Below are positions 22,789 through 31,921 of a DNA stretch of 32,000 bases, in pieces. Positions within the stretch are counted from its first letter, which is position 1. Every line of letters begins with the position of its first letter. The notes below the pieces were generated by a model that did no database searches, was not told the origin of the DNA, and worked only from the letters and a program-made list of their open reading frames with translations. Source of the stretch: Candidatus Nanoarchaeia archaeon (GTDB taxonomy: Archaea; Nanobdellota; Nanobdellia; Woesearchaeales; JANQNC01); assembly GCA_028279745.1 (NCBI GenBank), contig JANQNC010000001.1:840001-872000 (forward strand), given 5' to 3'. A program made the position numbers and the translations under genes.

Positions 22789-23997
22789 CTATTTTATGTC
22801 GAAGATATTCTTCAAATCATCTTTGACACGTTGTTCAAAGTCTAGATTTCTCTCTCCCTCTTTCTTTTCAGAATTTAAAGCCACCATCAAAGCGCTGACC
22901 ATGCTTTTTTCTTCATCTTTGTTATACAGATCAGTCTGTCCGATGTGTTCCTCAACCAATTTGTCTTCGATGTCCTCAATAGTTGAGAAATCAACATTAA
23001 CAGTCTCAAACTCTTTAGTAGAAGCACCTGCGGTGTTTTTCATAACATAATAAGCACCTTTATTGTAAAGATCATTAAAAATTCCCTTAAAGTCAATGTT
23101 AGCTAAGTTTCCAGAATTTAATATTCCTGAAAGTCTTAATGTAACAACTTTACCAGACACTTCTTCTTTCTTAATTGCTTCCTTAATATCAGCTTCAGCC
23201 TGTTCAGCAGATTTATTTTCACAATCGACAGATATCTTTACTGTCTCCATAACTGGAAGATCAATCTTGTCTAACTTACCTTCTGAGAAAATAAAGAAAC
23301 TACCTTTGCTTAACTTCTCCAACTCTCTAAAATTATTTGGGAAAGTAGGTCCAGGATAAACGATAGGTCCATAATAAGGTTCAACAGTGCTAAACACATA
23401 ATGAACATGACCTCCAGCATAATAGTTGAAGTCTTTCGGTAATAATGATAAAGGTGAAGATTCCATGTTAGCCATATCTTCAGGTTTGAATTCGCTTAGT
23501 GCTGTGTGGAAAACAAATATTTTGAAACCATCTTCATTCTCTAAACTATCTTTATCTAAAGATTCATAATAAGATTTGTCAAGCATACCTTTCCTGCCAA
23601 GAATGCCTGTAATTTTAGCACCAGTTTTACCGTCGATAGTAAAATTTAATCTTAATTTGTTATCTTCAACACTACCTTTAACAACGTTAGTTACTAGTCC
23701 TGCATTTTCTAAAACATCAATCATTGTCTTACCAGAAGGACTAAAATCATGAGAGCCCGCAACAATATAAACTGGGATGTGGCTATCTTTTAACTCTTTA
23801 AGCTTAGCAACAGTTTCTTTTAGCCCATCAAAACCCGGGACTGCTGTGTTGAACAAATCTCCAGCTATGATCGCAAAATCAACTTGATTCTCAATACATT
23901 TGTCAACAGCCATAGAGAAAGCCTTAATGCTAAGATCTCTCATTTTAGGATCTCTCCAACCACCAATATGACAGTCTGCTAGATGTGCGAATTTCAT
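22789..23997 (-). CDS. mre11: Mre11/SbcD-family DNA double-strand-break repair nuclease
   Basis: The calcineurin-like phosphoesterase motifs appear in order: LADCHIG, AGDLFN, AGSHD, VFHT, GGHVHY. Confidence 0.8.
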   Translation of the reverse strand: MKFAHLADCHIGGWRDPKMRDLSIKAFSMAVDKCIENQVDFAIIAGDLFNTAVPGFDGLKETVAKLKELKDSHIPVYIVAGSHDFSPSGKTMIDVLENAGLVTNVVKGSVEDNKLRLNFTIDGKTGAKITGILGRKGMLDKSYYESLDKDSLENEDGFKIFVFHTALSEFKPEDMANMESSPLSLLPKDFNYYAGGHVHYVFSTVEPYYGPIVYPGPTFPNNFRELEKLSKGSFFIFSEGKLDKIDLPVMETVKISVDCENKSAEQAEADIKEAIKKEEVSGKVVTLRLSGILNSGNLANIDFKGIFNDLYNKGAYYVMKNTAGASTKEFETVNVDFSTIEDIEDKLVEEHIGQTDLYNKDEEKSMVSALMVALNSEKKEGERNLDFEQRVKDDLKNIFDIK

Positions 23998-24017
23998 ATT
24001 AAGACTAATATTGAGGA

Positions 24018-24028
24018 TTAATATAAAT
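24018..24028 (-). promoter_or_regulatory. TATA box (minus-strand ATTTATATTAA) for mre11; it could also fire on the plus strand
   Basis: The box is centred ~26 nt upstream of ATG 23997. The near-palindromic A/T box also sits ~20-25 nt upstream of the GC-rich element on the plus strand. Confidence 0.4.
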
Positions 24029-24037
24029 GTTTTGAAT

Positions 24038-24143
24038 CAGCTGACCCTGTCAGCTGTGGTCACTACTTTCCCACACCACTAGTGCGGTGGCACCAGAAGC
24101 GGGCAAAGCTTGATGCTTAGCCCACTGGCTAACAAACCTTTTT
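24038..24143. ncRNA. GC-rich structured intergenic element; candidate small non-coding RNA of unknown class
   Basis: About 57% G+C by hand count over 24038-24133, in an otherwise AT-rich window. Hairpin 1 is CAGCTGAC-cct-GTCAGCTG (24038-24056). Hairpin 3 is GGGCaAAGC-ttgat-GCTTaGCCC (24101-24123). A weaker stem is CCACaC...GGTGG (24071-24090). The element ends in a T5 run (24139-24143). It lies between two diverging genes, so it is not a terminator for either. The strand is unresolved. Confidence 0.35.
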
Positions 24144-24148
24144 AAAAG
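24139..24148 (+). promoter_or_regulatory. TATA-like box (TTTTTAAAAG) for the MFS transporter gene
   Basis: The box is centred ~26 nt upstream of ATG 24169. This favours 24169 over 24157 as the start. Confidence 0.35.
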
Positions 24149-24168
24149 AATAAACAATGTTATTTCAT

Positions 24169-25350
24169 ATGAAAAGAAACATTCCTTTATTGTATGCAAT
24201 TGGGGGGTTGTCGTGGACAAGACTCTTTATACCTGTGATCGCTCTTTTTTATATAGCATCTCAAGTAACGATAGAACAGTTCTCATTAATATTTGGAATA
24301 TTCGCGCTAGTAATACTTCTTTTTGAAATACCTTCAGGAGTGTTAGCAGACTTATTAGGAAAAAAGAAAGCATTACTTATGTCAAGGTGCCTTTATATCG
24401 TAGAGATATACATACTTGCATTCTACAATGGATTTTGGCCATTATTAATTGCAAAAGTGATAAGTGGAATTGGGGTAAGTTTAGGATCAGGAACAGACCA
24501 AGCAATGATGTATGACACCCTGAAAAGGTTAAGAAGAACAAAAGAACACAAAAAAATATCTGGAAATGTACAGATGATAAATAACATATTTATGGCAATA
24601 GCATTTATAGTTGGGGCTTACTTATTCTCTATTGGTCCAAAACTTCCAGCAATAGCATCTTTGCCTTTCATAACGCTGGCCACGGTTTTAGTACTTTTTC
24701 TGAAGGAACCATACAAAAACCACAAAGGGTTAAGCATATCAAACTCAGTCAAGCATCTAAAAGAAGGATTGAAATATTTTGCAGGACACAGCTATGTTAA
24801 GTATCTTACATTCTACTCATTTCCAATAATATCCGCAATAATGATTACTCAGTCACTATCCTCAGCATATCTAAAAGAAATATTAGTTCCTGTGTCTCTA
24901 ATAGGTATCGTAGCATTTGCATCATCTTCCCTATCTTCATTATCTGCAAAGATGACACACAGAATAGAAGAAAAAGTAGGAGAGAAAAAATCACTCTTTA
25001 TGTTACAAGTAACTGTGTTTTTAGGAGTAATCTTAATGTCGTTTATGATAGAATATATTGGCGCAATCTTTTATCTATTTATTTCTTTAGCATACGGTTT
25101 TTCAATGGTACTAATAAACCACTACATGAACGAACATATAGAAACATCGCATAGAGCGACAATGCTATCAATAAAAAATATGTTTAATAATTTGGCAGTG
25201 TTCTTACTTCTTCCTTTAGTCGGGTTTATAATCAAAAGCAGTTCATTCAAGATAGCTTATCTAGTTTTAGGGATAATAGTGTTATTCTTCTTCGGCGCAT
25301 TGGCATTATATTCAAGAAAACTAAGATTAACCCAAATCAAAGATGCTTAG
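24169..25350 (+). CDS. Major-facilitator-superfamily transporter
   Basis: It has about 12 hydrophobic segments and an MFS motif-A-like loop (GVLADLLGKKKALLMS) between TM2 and TM3. Confidence 0.8.
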   Translation: MKRNIPLLYAIGGLSWTRLFIPVIALFYIASQVTIEQFSLIFGIFALVILLFEIPSGVLADLLGKKKALLMSRCLYIVEIYILAFYNGFWPLLIAKVISGIGVSLGSGTDQAMMYDTLKRLRRTKEHKKISGNVQMINNIFMAIAFIVGAYLFSIGPKLPAIASLPFITLATVLVLFLKEPYKNHKGLSISNSVKHLKEGLKYFAGHSYVKYLTFYSFPIISAIMITQSLSSAYLKEILVPVSLIGIVAFASSSLSSLSAKMTHRIEEKVGEKKSLFMLQVTVFLGVILMSFMIEYIGAIFYLFISLAYGFSMVLINHYMNEHIETSHRATMLSIKNMFNNLAVFLLLPLVGFIIKSSSFKIAYLVLGIIVLFFFGALALYSRKLRLTQIKDA

Positions 25351-26674
25351 AAACCTTCTTTTCAAATAAGGAATAGTATCTTTTACCGATCTGTCTTACC
25401 TTTTTCTTCAAAGCCTCTTCATTCATCATAGCAGCTTTGTAGTTTGACAAAACTTTCTTGCCATTTACATAAACTGTGTGGGCTTTGCAAGAGTCAGTGA
25501 AGATTAGATCAGCTAAGTGATTAAAACCAGGAATAAAAGGAAGATCATTCTTGTTCCAAAGAACCAAATCAGCTTTCTTGCCAACATCGATAGTTCCAAT
25601 ATCTTCCTCAAGACCCATAGCTTTAGCGCCATTAATAGTCAACATTTTGAAAAGGTCGAGATAGTCGATTAGGTCGGCCTTTTCATACTTATCAGCAATC
25701 TTATCAAAAGCAGCATGAGCATCACCCCTAACCTCGTTAGAGTTGTTATTGATTGCAGCATCAGAAGCAAGCGCAACATTAACTCCAGAATCCATCAGAT
25801 CCTTAACAGGACAGATTCCCGCAGCAACATAGGCATTAGCTCTAGGGCAATGAACAACATGAGCTTTAGCTTTAGCTAAATAACCGATCTCTTTCTTAGT
25901 GAGTTTAGTCATGTGGGCCATCGAGACCCTGTGGTTTAATGCACCAATCTTATGTAAGTGTTCAACAGGTCTATGTCCTGTCCTTTCTTTAACTGCATTA
26001 ACATAAACATCACCTTCAGCAGCATGCATATGGAAATAAACATCATACTTTTCAGCCAAATTCAACATTCCTTTGATCAGCTGATCAGAACAGTATCTTA
26101 CATTAACAACACCAAAATGAACCCTTACAAGATCGGAATGGTATTTGTTGTGGAGTTCTTCAGCTCTCTTGATCCTTTCTTCAGTCTCCCAAGTAATCGC
26201 TCTAGTAGCACTCTTTTTTTCTTTAGCAACAATATCTTTAGGAACTAATGTGCAAGCAGCCCTAATCCCTAAATCCTTGTAAACTTTAGCTTGAGTTTCA
26301 ATCTCTGAACCAACAGAATAAAAACAAGTTGTTCCTGCTTTCAATCCTTCTAAAACAGCAATATAAGACATCCAAAATCTGTCAGAGGGTCTTTTAATCT
26401 TAGACATAGAATGAAGTAGATCCATCTGTTTAGCATGACTAAGACCCACACCTAATGCTCTGTTAAATTGTTGTGAAGGATGAAAATGAGCATTAACAAA
26501 ACCAGGAGTTATGAAAAATTCTTTACCGTCTAGTTTCTTTGCTTTTTTAGATCTAATATTTTTACCAATTTTAGCAATTCGATCATTTTCTATAAGAATA
26601 TCAACATTATCGTATCTTTCTAACTTTTTACCAATATAGGCAGTCGTATTCTTAATTATAGTCTCCATATCCAT
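25337..26674 (-). CDS. Amidohydrolase-superfamily deaminase (ATZ/TRZ, MtaD/DadD-like nucleoside or nucleobase deaminase)
   Basis: The metal ligand pattern is GFVNAHFHPSQ (HxH), FHMHAAE, HVVHC and ASDAAINNNS. I start it at ATG 26674 (MDMETII). The track uses TTG 26683. An A/T-rich box at 26686-26697 could be its own promoter. Confidence 0.8.
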   Translation of the reverse strand: MDMETIIKNTTAYIGKKLERYDNVDILIENDRIAKIGKNIRSKKAKKLDGKEFFITPGFVNAHFHPSQQFNRALGVGLSHAKQMDLLHSMSKIKRPSDRFWMSYIAVLEGLKAGTTCFYSVGSEIETQAKVYKDLGIRAACTLVPKDIVAKEKKSATRAITWETEERIKRAEELHNKYHSDLVRVHFGVVNVRYCSDQLIKGMLNLAEKYDVYFHMHAAEGDVYVNAVKERTGHRPVEHLHKIGALNHRVSMAHMTKLTKKEIGYLAKAKAHVVHCPRANAYVAAGICPVKDLMDSGVNVALASDAAINNNSNEVRGDAHAAFDKIADKYEKADLIDYLDLFKMLTINGAKAMGLEEDIGTIDVGKKADLVLWNKNDLPFIPGFNHLADLIFTDSCKAHTVYVNGKKVLSNYKAAMMNEEALKKKVRQIGKRYYSLFEKKVSKHL

Positions 26675-26703
26675 TTTAAACAAATTTTTATTTATTAATC
26701 TTT

Positions 26704-28230
26704 CTATGAAAGTTTGATGCCTGAGAATTCTTTCTTCACTGTGGAATCTTTTTTCTCTTTAACTAAATCATCAAACAAAGGAATCTTAACAGGAGTTGCA
26801 AACGAAACAAAATTACTAGAAACAACCGCTTCACCCTTATCCAAAGAAGCAATAGTTCTATTATCATCGCTTAAATCTTGAGATGAAGACTCGATTATTG
26901 CAGCTCGTTCAGGAGCCATCTCAATACCTAAAATAATCTTGGTGTTCATGTTCGCCAGGATAGGTCTTGGGATTAATGATGGAAGCTGAGTGATAGCTAA
27001 CAGGCCTACTTTGAATTTTCTACCTTCCCTTGCGATAGCTGAAAAAATATTCTGGCCTTTATCTAAAACTTCTTTACCTATAACTCTCGGAGCTTCCTCA
27101 ATAACAACAGAGATAGAAGGTTTTGAATCAAGAGTTCCTTCTCTTTTGAAATATCTGTAAGCATTCAGTAATTCAGTTGCCAATAAAGAGCTGATCAGTA
27201 ATTCAACCCCTTCAGGTAATGAGGAGGTGTCAACAATAACAGTTTTTGATTCAGTTAATTCCTTGATTATATCTTTAATTGTTGTTTGTCCAGATTGAAC
27301 ATCAAAAACACCTTTGCAGACTGCTTTCGAGTCAACAAGGCTTACTGAGAACAAAGACATAATCATTCTTCTCAACACATTAATACTGCCTTCGTGGAAT
27401 TTTATATTATCATCTAAACTTCTATCTTCAGAGACAGCAGCAATCCATTCATTACCATATTTTCTATAGTAAGCATACATGGCTTGAATCTGAGGATCAG
27501 AAAGGTTAACAATGCCTTTCAAATGTTCAGGTTTGATTGTTTTGACATTAATTTTGAGAGTCTTTGCACCGGGGGGCATCTTCCCAGTACTGTAGTAGAC
27601 TACTTTGTCAGTATCAAAGTCTTTTAGTCCAATAGAGTTTCTGCCAAAGTACTCATCGTGAGGATCTAAAACTAAAGTTCCACAATAATCTTTGTCAATC
27701 AAATTCCATAAGACAGACTTAACCAAGTTAGATTTACCTTTCCCAGTAGAAGCAGCAACTAAAACGTGTTCAGAAATAACTTTGTCTCCTGGAAGATTAA
27801 CATCAATATCTAAAACCTTACTTCCAGATCTTAATTTTCCTAAAGTTATGTTGTTGTAGGGTTTTGAAGTGAAGATTATGTCATTGTTTCCAATTTCCTT
27901 TACTTTGGAGAAGAATCCCGGAAGTGTTTTACAAGATGAAGAACTGTTGCCTTTTAGTGTGATCAAGTTTTTCATCAGTGCTAATTTATAATTTCTTAAG
28001 TTTTGATCATAAATCTCTAGATCATTGTCTTCCTCTAACTTTAATCCAGACATCAACTCTAAGTTTTGTTGTGATATCTGGGAGCCAAACATCAGATCAA
28101 ACACTTGAAACAGAATTTTTGAGTTTTCATTTTCAGCTATTAGAAGTTCTCCAAGCTCAATATCTCTATCTGACTTTTGTCTAACTAGAACTTTACCAAA
28201 CTCACCTGCAATAATCTGACCAACAACCAT
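26704..28230 (-). CDS. herA: HerA-type (FtsK/HerA superfamily) hexameric ATPase/helicase
   Basis: The N-terminal barrel-like region is [18 protein letters not shown]...GELLIAEN. Other motifs are Walker A ([12 protein letters not shown]), Walker B (VVIEEAPRV) and [19 protein letters not shown], which is typical of HerA/DUF87. Confidence 0.8.
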   Translation of the reverse strand: MVVGQIIAGEFGKVLVRQKSDRDIELGELLIAENENSKILFQVFDLMFGSQISQQNLELMSGLKLEEDNDLEIYDQNLRNYKLALMKNLITLKGNSSSSCKTLPGFFSKVKEIGNNDIIFTSKPYNNITLGKLRSGSKVLDIDVNLPGDKVISEHVLVAASTGKGKSNLVKSVLWNLIDKDYCGTLVLDPHDEYFGRNSIGLKDFDTDKVVYYSTGKMPPGAKTLKINVKTIKPEHLKGIVNLSDPQIQAMYAYYRKYGNEWIAAVSEDRSLDDNIKFHEGSINVLRRMIMSLFSVSLVDSKAVCKGVFDVQSGQTTIKDIIKELTESKTVIVDTSSLPEGVELLISSLLATELLNAYRYFKREGTLDSKPSISVVIEEAPRVIGKEVLDKGQNIFSAIAREGRKFKVGLLAITQLPSLIPRPILANMNTKIILGIEMAPERAAIIESSSQDLSDDNRTIASLDKGEAVVSSNFVSFATPVKIPLFDDLVKEKKDSTVKKEFSGIKLS

Positions 28231-28304
28231 GAGTTAACGTTTTTTAGGGAGGTATATAAGTTTTTTGAAGGGCTTTTTAAGTAGCTTAATTAAGAATTAA
28301 AATC

Positions 28305-28326
28305 AAGAGGAAAATTATTTCCTCTT
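28305..28326 (-). terminator. Hairpin AAGAGGAAA-atta-TTTCCTCTT spanning the stop codon of the PEF-CTERM gene
   Basis: A perfect 9-bp inverted repeat (28305-28313 / 28318-28326) is followed on the minus-strand transcript by T-rich sequence (GATTTTAATTC). Confidence 0.3.
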
Positions 28327-28845
28327 AAAAACTAAGAAACCAGCAACTGCTGCCAATATAATAACTGCAACTACAGGACTGAATTCAGGAATCTCTTCTT
28401 CAAGACCTAGTTCGGGGTCGCAAGACATGAATTCTACAGCAGAACATTCTTCTTCATCCCATTCCCAGATGCATAGATGGTTGTCATCTTCTTTATACTC
28501 TGAACAAGACTCGTTGGTTTCTAATAAGTTACAATCGTTGATGTCCAGTCTATCTCTACAGTCTACTGTAAAGTTAGCGCAACCCCAGTCACTCGAGTTT
28601 TTGGTACAAGTCCAAGCAGGATGGGAGAAAGACATGCAAGAATGCAGACCTTGATAATGTCCTGTGGAAGGGTGGTATGAGTCTGCATAGTATTGATTAC
28701 ATTCAGAAGGGTTAACTCCTAAAGCATTTAAGCCAACAGTACAAGACTCAACATACTTTAAATCAGAACAGTCTTTGGGTGGAAGGCTTGCAAAAGCAAC
28801 ACCTATTGCCAGTAAAGCAACCAGCAAAAAAATTGTTTTTTTCAT
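28315..28845 (-). CDS. Small secreted Cys-rich protein with a PEF-CTERM-type sorting signal
   Basis: The signal peptide is MKKTIFLLVALLAIGVAFA and the mature part has 15 Cys. The C-terminus EEEIPEFSPVVAVIILAAVAGFLVFKRK combines a PEF motif, a TM helix and a basic tail. Confidence 0.7.
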   Translation of the reverse strand: MKKTIFLLVALLAIGVAFASLPPKDCSDLKYVESCTVGLNALGVNPSECNQYYADSYHPSTGHYQGLHSCMSFSHPAWTCTKNSSDWGCANFTVDCRDRLDINDCNLLETNESCSEYKEDDNHLCIWEWDEEECSAVEFMSCDPELGLEEEIPEFSPVVAVIILAAVAGFLVFKRK

Positions 28846-28939
28846 TTTATTACCTCCAACTATTGGATGTGCTCTTTATCTAGGGATAAGCATATATAAA
28901 ACTTGCTATCAACCAAAAACAATATAAGGAGATTAATAT

Positions 28940-29716
28940 ATGGACAAATTGGGGGATAATTTGAAACTAGAAAAACAACCAACCGCAGAAAAAGCAGCAA
29001 AAGTTCTAGAGGAAGGAATCAATAAAAAGTATGCGTGTATCATTAGTGCAAACTGTACTGCTCGTTATAGTGGAAGAGCAGAAAGCTTTCTTGATCTGGG
29101 AGATAGAATAATATTTATAAAACCTGACACAACCGTATTGATACATCAAACTTCTGGATCTCAACCAGTAAATTGGATGCCAAACAACACAGTGCACAAT
29201 GTAAGTGTGAAAAAAGATAAGTTAGTGTTAAGCAGCGCAAGAATCAGTCCACCAGAAAAATTAGAAGTAGAGATGGATCAAGTACATTTTGTAAACATTA
29301 TGGAGATGGAAGATAGAGAGAAGATACAAACACAAGGCAGTGAGAAACATATGGCAGAGATGATATATAAGAATCCTTCACTTATTTCTAAAGATTTCAA
29401 ACCAGTCTCAATGGAAGAACAAACAAAATATGGGTTCATAGACGTTTTTGGGCATGATGGAAAAGGTGTGTTGACTATAGTTGAGTGTAAAAGATATAGT
29501 GCTGATTTAGGAGCTGTTACGCAGTTAAGGAGATATGTTGAAAGAATCAAAAAAGATAAAGGATTGAAGAAAGTCAATGGGGTCATTGCTGCACCCAAAA
29601 TTAGTTCAAACGCAAAGAAAATGCTTGAAGACTGGGGGTTCAAGTTCAAAATGGTAGAACCGCCAAAACACTTCGAGGAAAAAAAGAAAAAACAATCAAT
29701 TTTATCCAACTTTTAA
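28940..29716 (+). CDS. nucS: NucS/EndoMS-type endonuclease (RecB-like PD-(D/E)xK C-terminal domain)
   Basis: An AAGGAG SD lies upstream. The C-terminal domain GFIDVFGHDGKGVLTIVECKRYSADLGAVTQLRRYVERI contains the D...E-x-K nuclease core and the QL.RY motif typical of NucS. The ~258-aa length fits. Confidence 0.75.
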   Translation: MDKLGDNLKLEKQPTAEKAAKVLEEGINKKYACIISANCTARYSGRAESFLDLGDRIIFIKPDTTVLIHQTSGSQPVNWMPNNTVHNVSVKKDKLVLSSARISPPEKLEVEMDQVHFVNIMEMEDREKIQTQGSEKHMAEMIYKNPSLISKDFKPVSMEEQTKYGFIDVFGHDGKGVLTIVECKRYSADLGAVTQLRRYVERIKKDKGLKKVNGVIAAPKISSNAKKMLEDWGFKFKMVEPPKHFEEKKKKQSILSNF

Positions 29717-29748
29717 TCACTACTCGCTAAAAAAATTGGCTGGGAAAA

Positions 29749-29757
29749 GTATATAAG
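29749..29757 (+). promoter_or_regulatory. TATA box (GTATATAAG) for pyrBI
   Basis: The box is centred ~31 nt upstream of ATG 29784. Confidence 0.4.
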
Positions 29758-29783
29758 TAAGTTCTTAGAGTAATTAGTTTTTG

Positions 29784-30719
29784 ATGACTGAGCATAATTT
29801 TGAGGGAAGAGACATAGTTTCAATAAACGATTTTTCTAGAGAAGAGCTAGAGCATGTTCTAAAAACAGCAAAATCTATGGAGGCGCTAACCAGAAAGGAA
29901 GGCCACACCTTCCTAGAAGGATATGTGATGGCAGCATTATTCTTTGAACCTTCCACAAGAACAAGAATGAGCTTTGAAAGCTCAATGAATAAATTAGGCG
30001 GAAAAGTAATCAATGTAACAGATGCAAAAGTAAGTAGTGCAGTGAAAGGAGAAACTCTTTATGACACAATAAAGATGGTTGAAAGCTATTCTGACGTTAT
30101 TGTAATGAGACATAACAAAGATGGAGCTGCAAGATTTGCTGCAGAAGCAACAGGAAAGCCCGTAATAAATGCAGGAGATGGTAAAAATCAACATCCGACA
30201 CAGACAATGTTGGATATGTACTCAATCCAAAAAACACAGGGGAAACTGGATGGATTGACAATAGCAATGGTTGGAGATCTAAAATATGGAAGAACCGTAC
30301 ACTCATTAGCAACTGCAATGTCACACTATAACACAAAATTCAGATTTGTCTCGCCATCATTCTTACAGATGCCGGATTATTCAATAAAAGAGCTAGAAGA
30401 AAAAGGGTTAGATTATTCATTACATAAAGATATGAATGAGGTAATAAAAGATGTTGATGTTTTATACATGACAAGAGTGCAGAAAGAAAGATTCTCAGAT
30501 GCTTCAGAATATGAAAAAGCAAAAGATATGTACATACTAACAGGAAACATGCTGGAAGGAGCAAAAGGGAACATGAAAGTAATGCATCCGTTACCAAGAG
30601 TAAATGAGATACAACCTTCAGTAGACCAAACAGCATATCATTATTATTTTGACCAAGCAGCAAATGGGGTGCCGATAAGACAGGCACTACTTGCTTTAAC
30701 TTTGGGTGTTATGAGATGA
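29784..30719 (+). CDS. pyrB: Aspartate carbamoyltransferase catalytic subunit
   Basis: It has the FFEPSTRTRMSFE (STRTR), HPTQ and HPLPRV motifs. I start it at ATG 29784. Confidence 0.95.
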   Translation: MTEHNFEGRDIVSINDFSREELEHVLKTAKSMEALTRKEGHTFLEGYVMAALFFEPSTRTRMSFESSMNKLGGKVINVTDAKVSSAVKGETLYDTIKMVESYSDVIVMRHNKDGAARFAAEATGKPVINAGDGKNQHPTQTMLDMYSIQKTQGKLDGLTIAMVGDLKYGRTVHSLATAMSHYNTKFRFVSPSFLQMPDYSIKELEEKGLDYSLHKDMNEVIKDVDVLYMTRVQKERFSDASEYEKAKDMYILTGNMLEGAKGNMKVMHPLPRVNEIQPSVDQTAYHYYFDQAANGVPIRQALLALTLGVMR

Positions 30720-31174
30720 CTGAATCAGAATATACAATACAAAAAATCAAGAACGGAACAGTGATAGATCATCTACCTTATCTAACACATCTGTGGTTGG
30801 TAGGAAAGATACTCAAATTTCACAAGCTAGACGAACCAGTCTTGATAGCGTCAAAACTTAAAGGAGAAAACGGATATAAAGGAGTAATCAAAGTAGAGAA
30901 CAAAGCATTGACGCAGGACGAATACAACAAAATAGCGATAATAGCTCCAGATGCAACGGTAAATATAATAGAGAATTATAGGGTGGTTGACAAAAAGAAA
31001 GTAGAATTACCTGATGTTCTGGAAGGGATAGTTAAATGTGCAAATGAAGGCTGCATAACAAACAATGAAAGATGGGCAAAATCAAAATTAAATGTTTTGG
31101 ATAGAAAACCGCTGGAACTCAAATGTCACTATTGTGAGCACACATTTGGAAGAGATAATGTTTATATTCTGTAA
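30716..31174 (+). CDS. pyrI: Aspartate carbamoyltransferase regulatory subunit
   Basis: An ATGA start/stop overlap links it to pyrB. It has IKNGTVIDHL and a four-Cys Zn domain (CANEGC...CHYCEH). Confidence 0.9.
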   Translation: MTESEYTIQKIKNGTVIDHLPYLTHLWLVGKILKFHKLDEPVLIASKLKGENGYKGVIKVENKALTQDEYNKIAIIAPDATVNIIENYRVVDKKKVELPDVLEGIVKCANEGCITNNERWAKSKLNVLDRKPLELKCHYCEHTFGRDNVYIL

Positions 31175-31804
31175 TCACTTTAGAACTTTACCTGTCTTGA
31201 TATACCAAAGATAAAGATCTAATTCTCCTTGTTTAAGACTTAAAGAATCACAAAGTTTATCGAGAACTTTTTCAAACTCTAAATATTTCTTTTTGTTCAT
31301 GGTCTTTGGCAAAGTTATCAGCTTCATTTCTGCCATCAGTCTTTGGACATGTTTGTCAAGAATCGCATAATCTAAGAAGCCAACATTTCTTAGAAAGTGA
31401 GAGGCTTCTTTATAACCCATACCTTTTATGTTTTCAACTAACCACTGTCTCTTTTCATTTTTGTTTTTTATCTTTTTTAGAATATCTTTAATGTTTTTAT
31501 GCTTGTTTGCTAAGTGGATAAAATGAGCCCTTCTGTTGTAAAATCTGTACTTTGCTTTTTTTAATCTCTTTGCAAGATCTGCTTCAGTTTTGTAGTTGGT
31601 GAAGCCTTTATAACCAAGCTCTTTCTGAATTCTTATCCCGAGTTCTGCAGAAGTGTTGGCAGTTAGAATGCAGAAGCATAATTCGGAGAACCAGTCTTTG
31701 TTATCTTTCTTTTTTAGACTGTTAAATTCTTTAATCCTTTTATCAATCTGTTTTTTAATATCAGAATTTCTAACATCTTCGACCTTTTCGATAAGGAAAT
31801 CCAT
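31175..31804 (-). CDS. ogg: 8-oxoguanine DNA glycosylase / AP lyase, archaeal Ogg2-type (HhH-GPD)
   Basis: ELCFCILTANTSAE and IKGMGYKEASHFLRNVGFLDYAILDKHV form the helix-hairpin-helix with the catalytic K and D. The ~209-aa length fits archaeal Ogg. Confidence 0.75.
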   Translation of the reverse strand: MDFLIEKVEDVRNSDIKKQIDKRIKEFNSLKKKDNKDWFSELCFCILTANTSAELGIRIQKELGYKGFTNYKTEADLAKRLKKAKYRFYNRRAHFIHLANKHKNIKDILKKIKNKNEKRQWLVENIKGMGYKEASHFLRNVGFLDYAILDKHVQRLMAEMKLITLPKTMNKKKYLEFEKVLDKLCDSLSLKQGELDLYLWYIKTGKVLK

Positions 31805-31921
31805 TTTATAACAGGAAATTATTCCTCTTTTATAAAGCTAGTTAAATTGATACAAAACTATTTATACTTAGAGCAGAACCCCAATATAAAAGAGGTTTTG
31901 GTGGAAATATGGTTAAGGAGA

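Noticed and set aside
24038-24056. The 8-bp GC-rich hairpin as an intrinsic terminator
   Set aside because: Both flanking genes (mre11 on the minus strand, MFS on the plus strand) are transcribed away from it, so no upstream transcript exists for it to terminate. It is treated instead as part of a candidate ncRNA.
24038-24143. Classifying the GC-rich element as a tRNA, C/D-box sRNA, H/ACA sRNA or 5S rRNA
   Set aside because: No acceptor or T-arm pairing can be drawn on either strand. There is no RUGAUGA C box (only TGATGC), and the CTGA boxes are in the wrong order. An ACA at 24132-24134 exists, but I could not build a convincing lower stem and pocket. There is no similarity to the 5S consensus. 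The class is left open.
29994-30687. Several minus-strand ORFs (66-115 aa) inside pyrB
   Set aside because: They are antisense to an unambiguous pyrB (STRTR, HPTQ, HPLPR motifs) and have Leu-rich junk composition.
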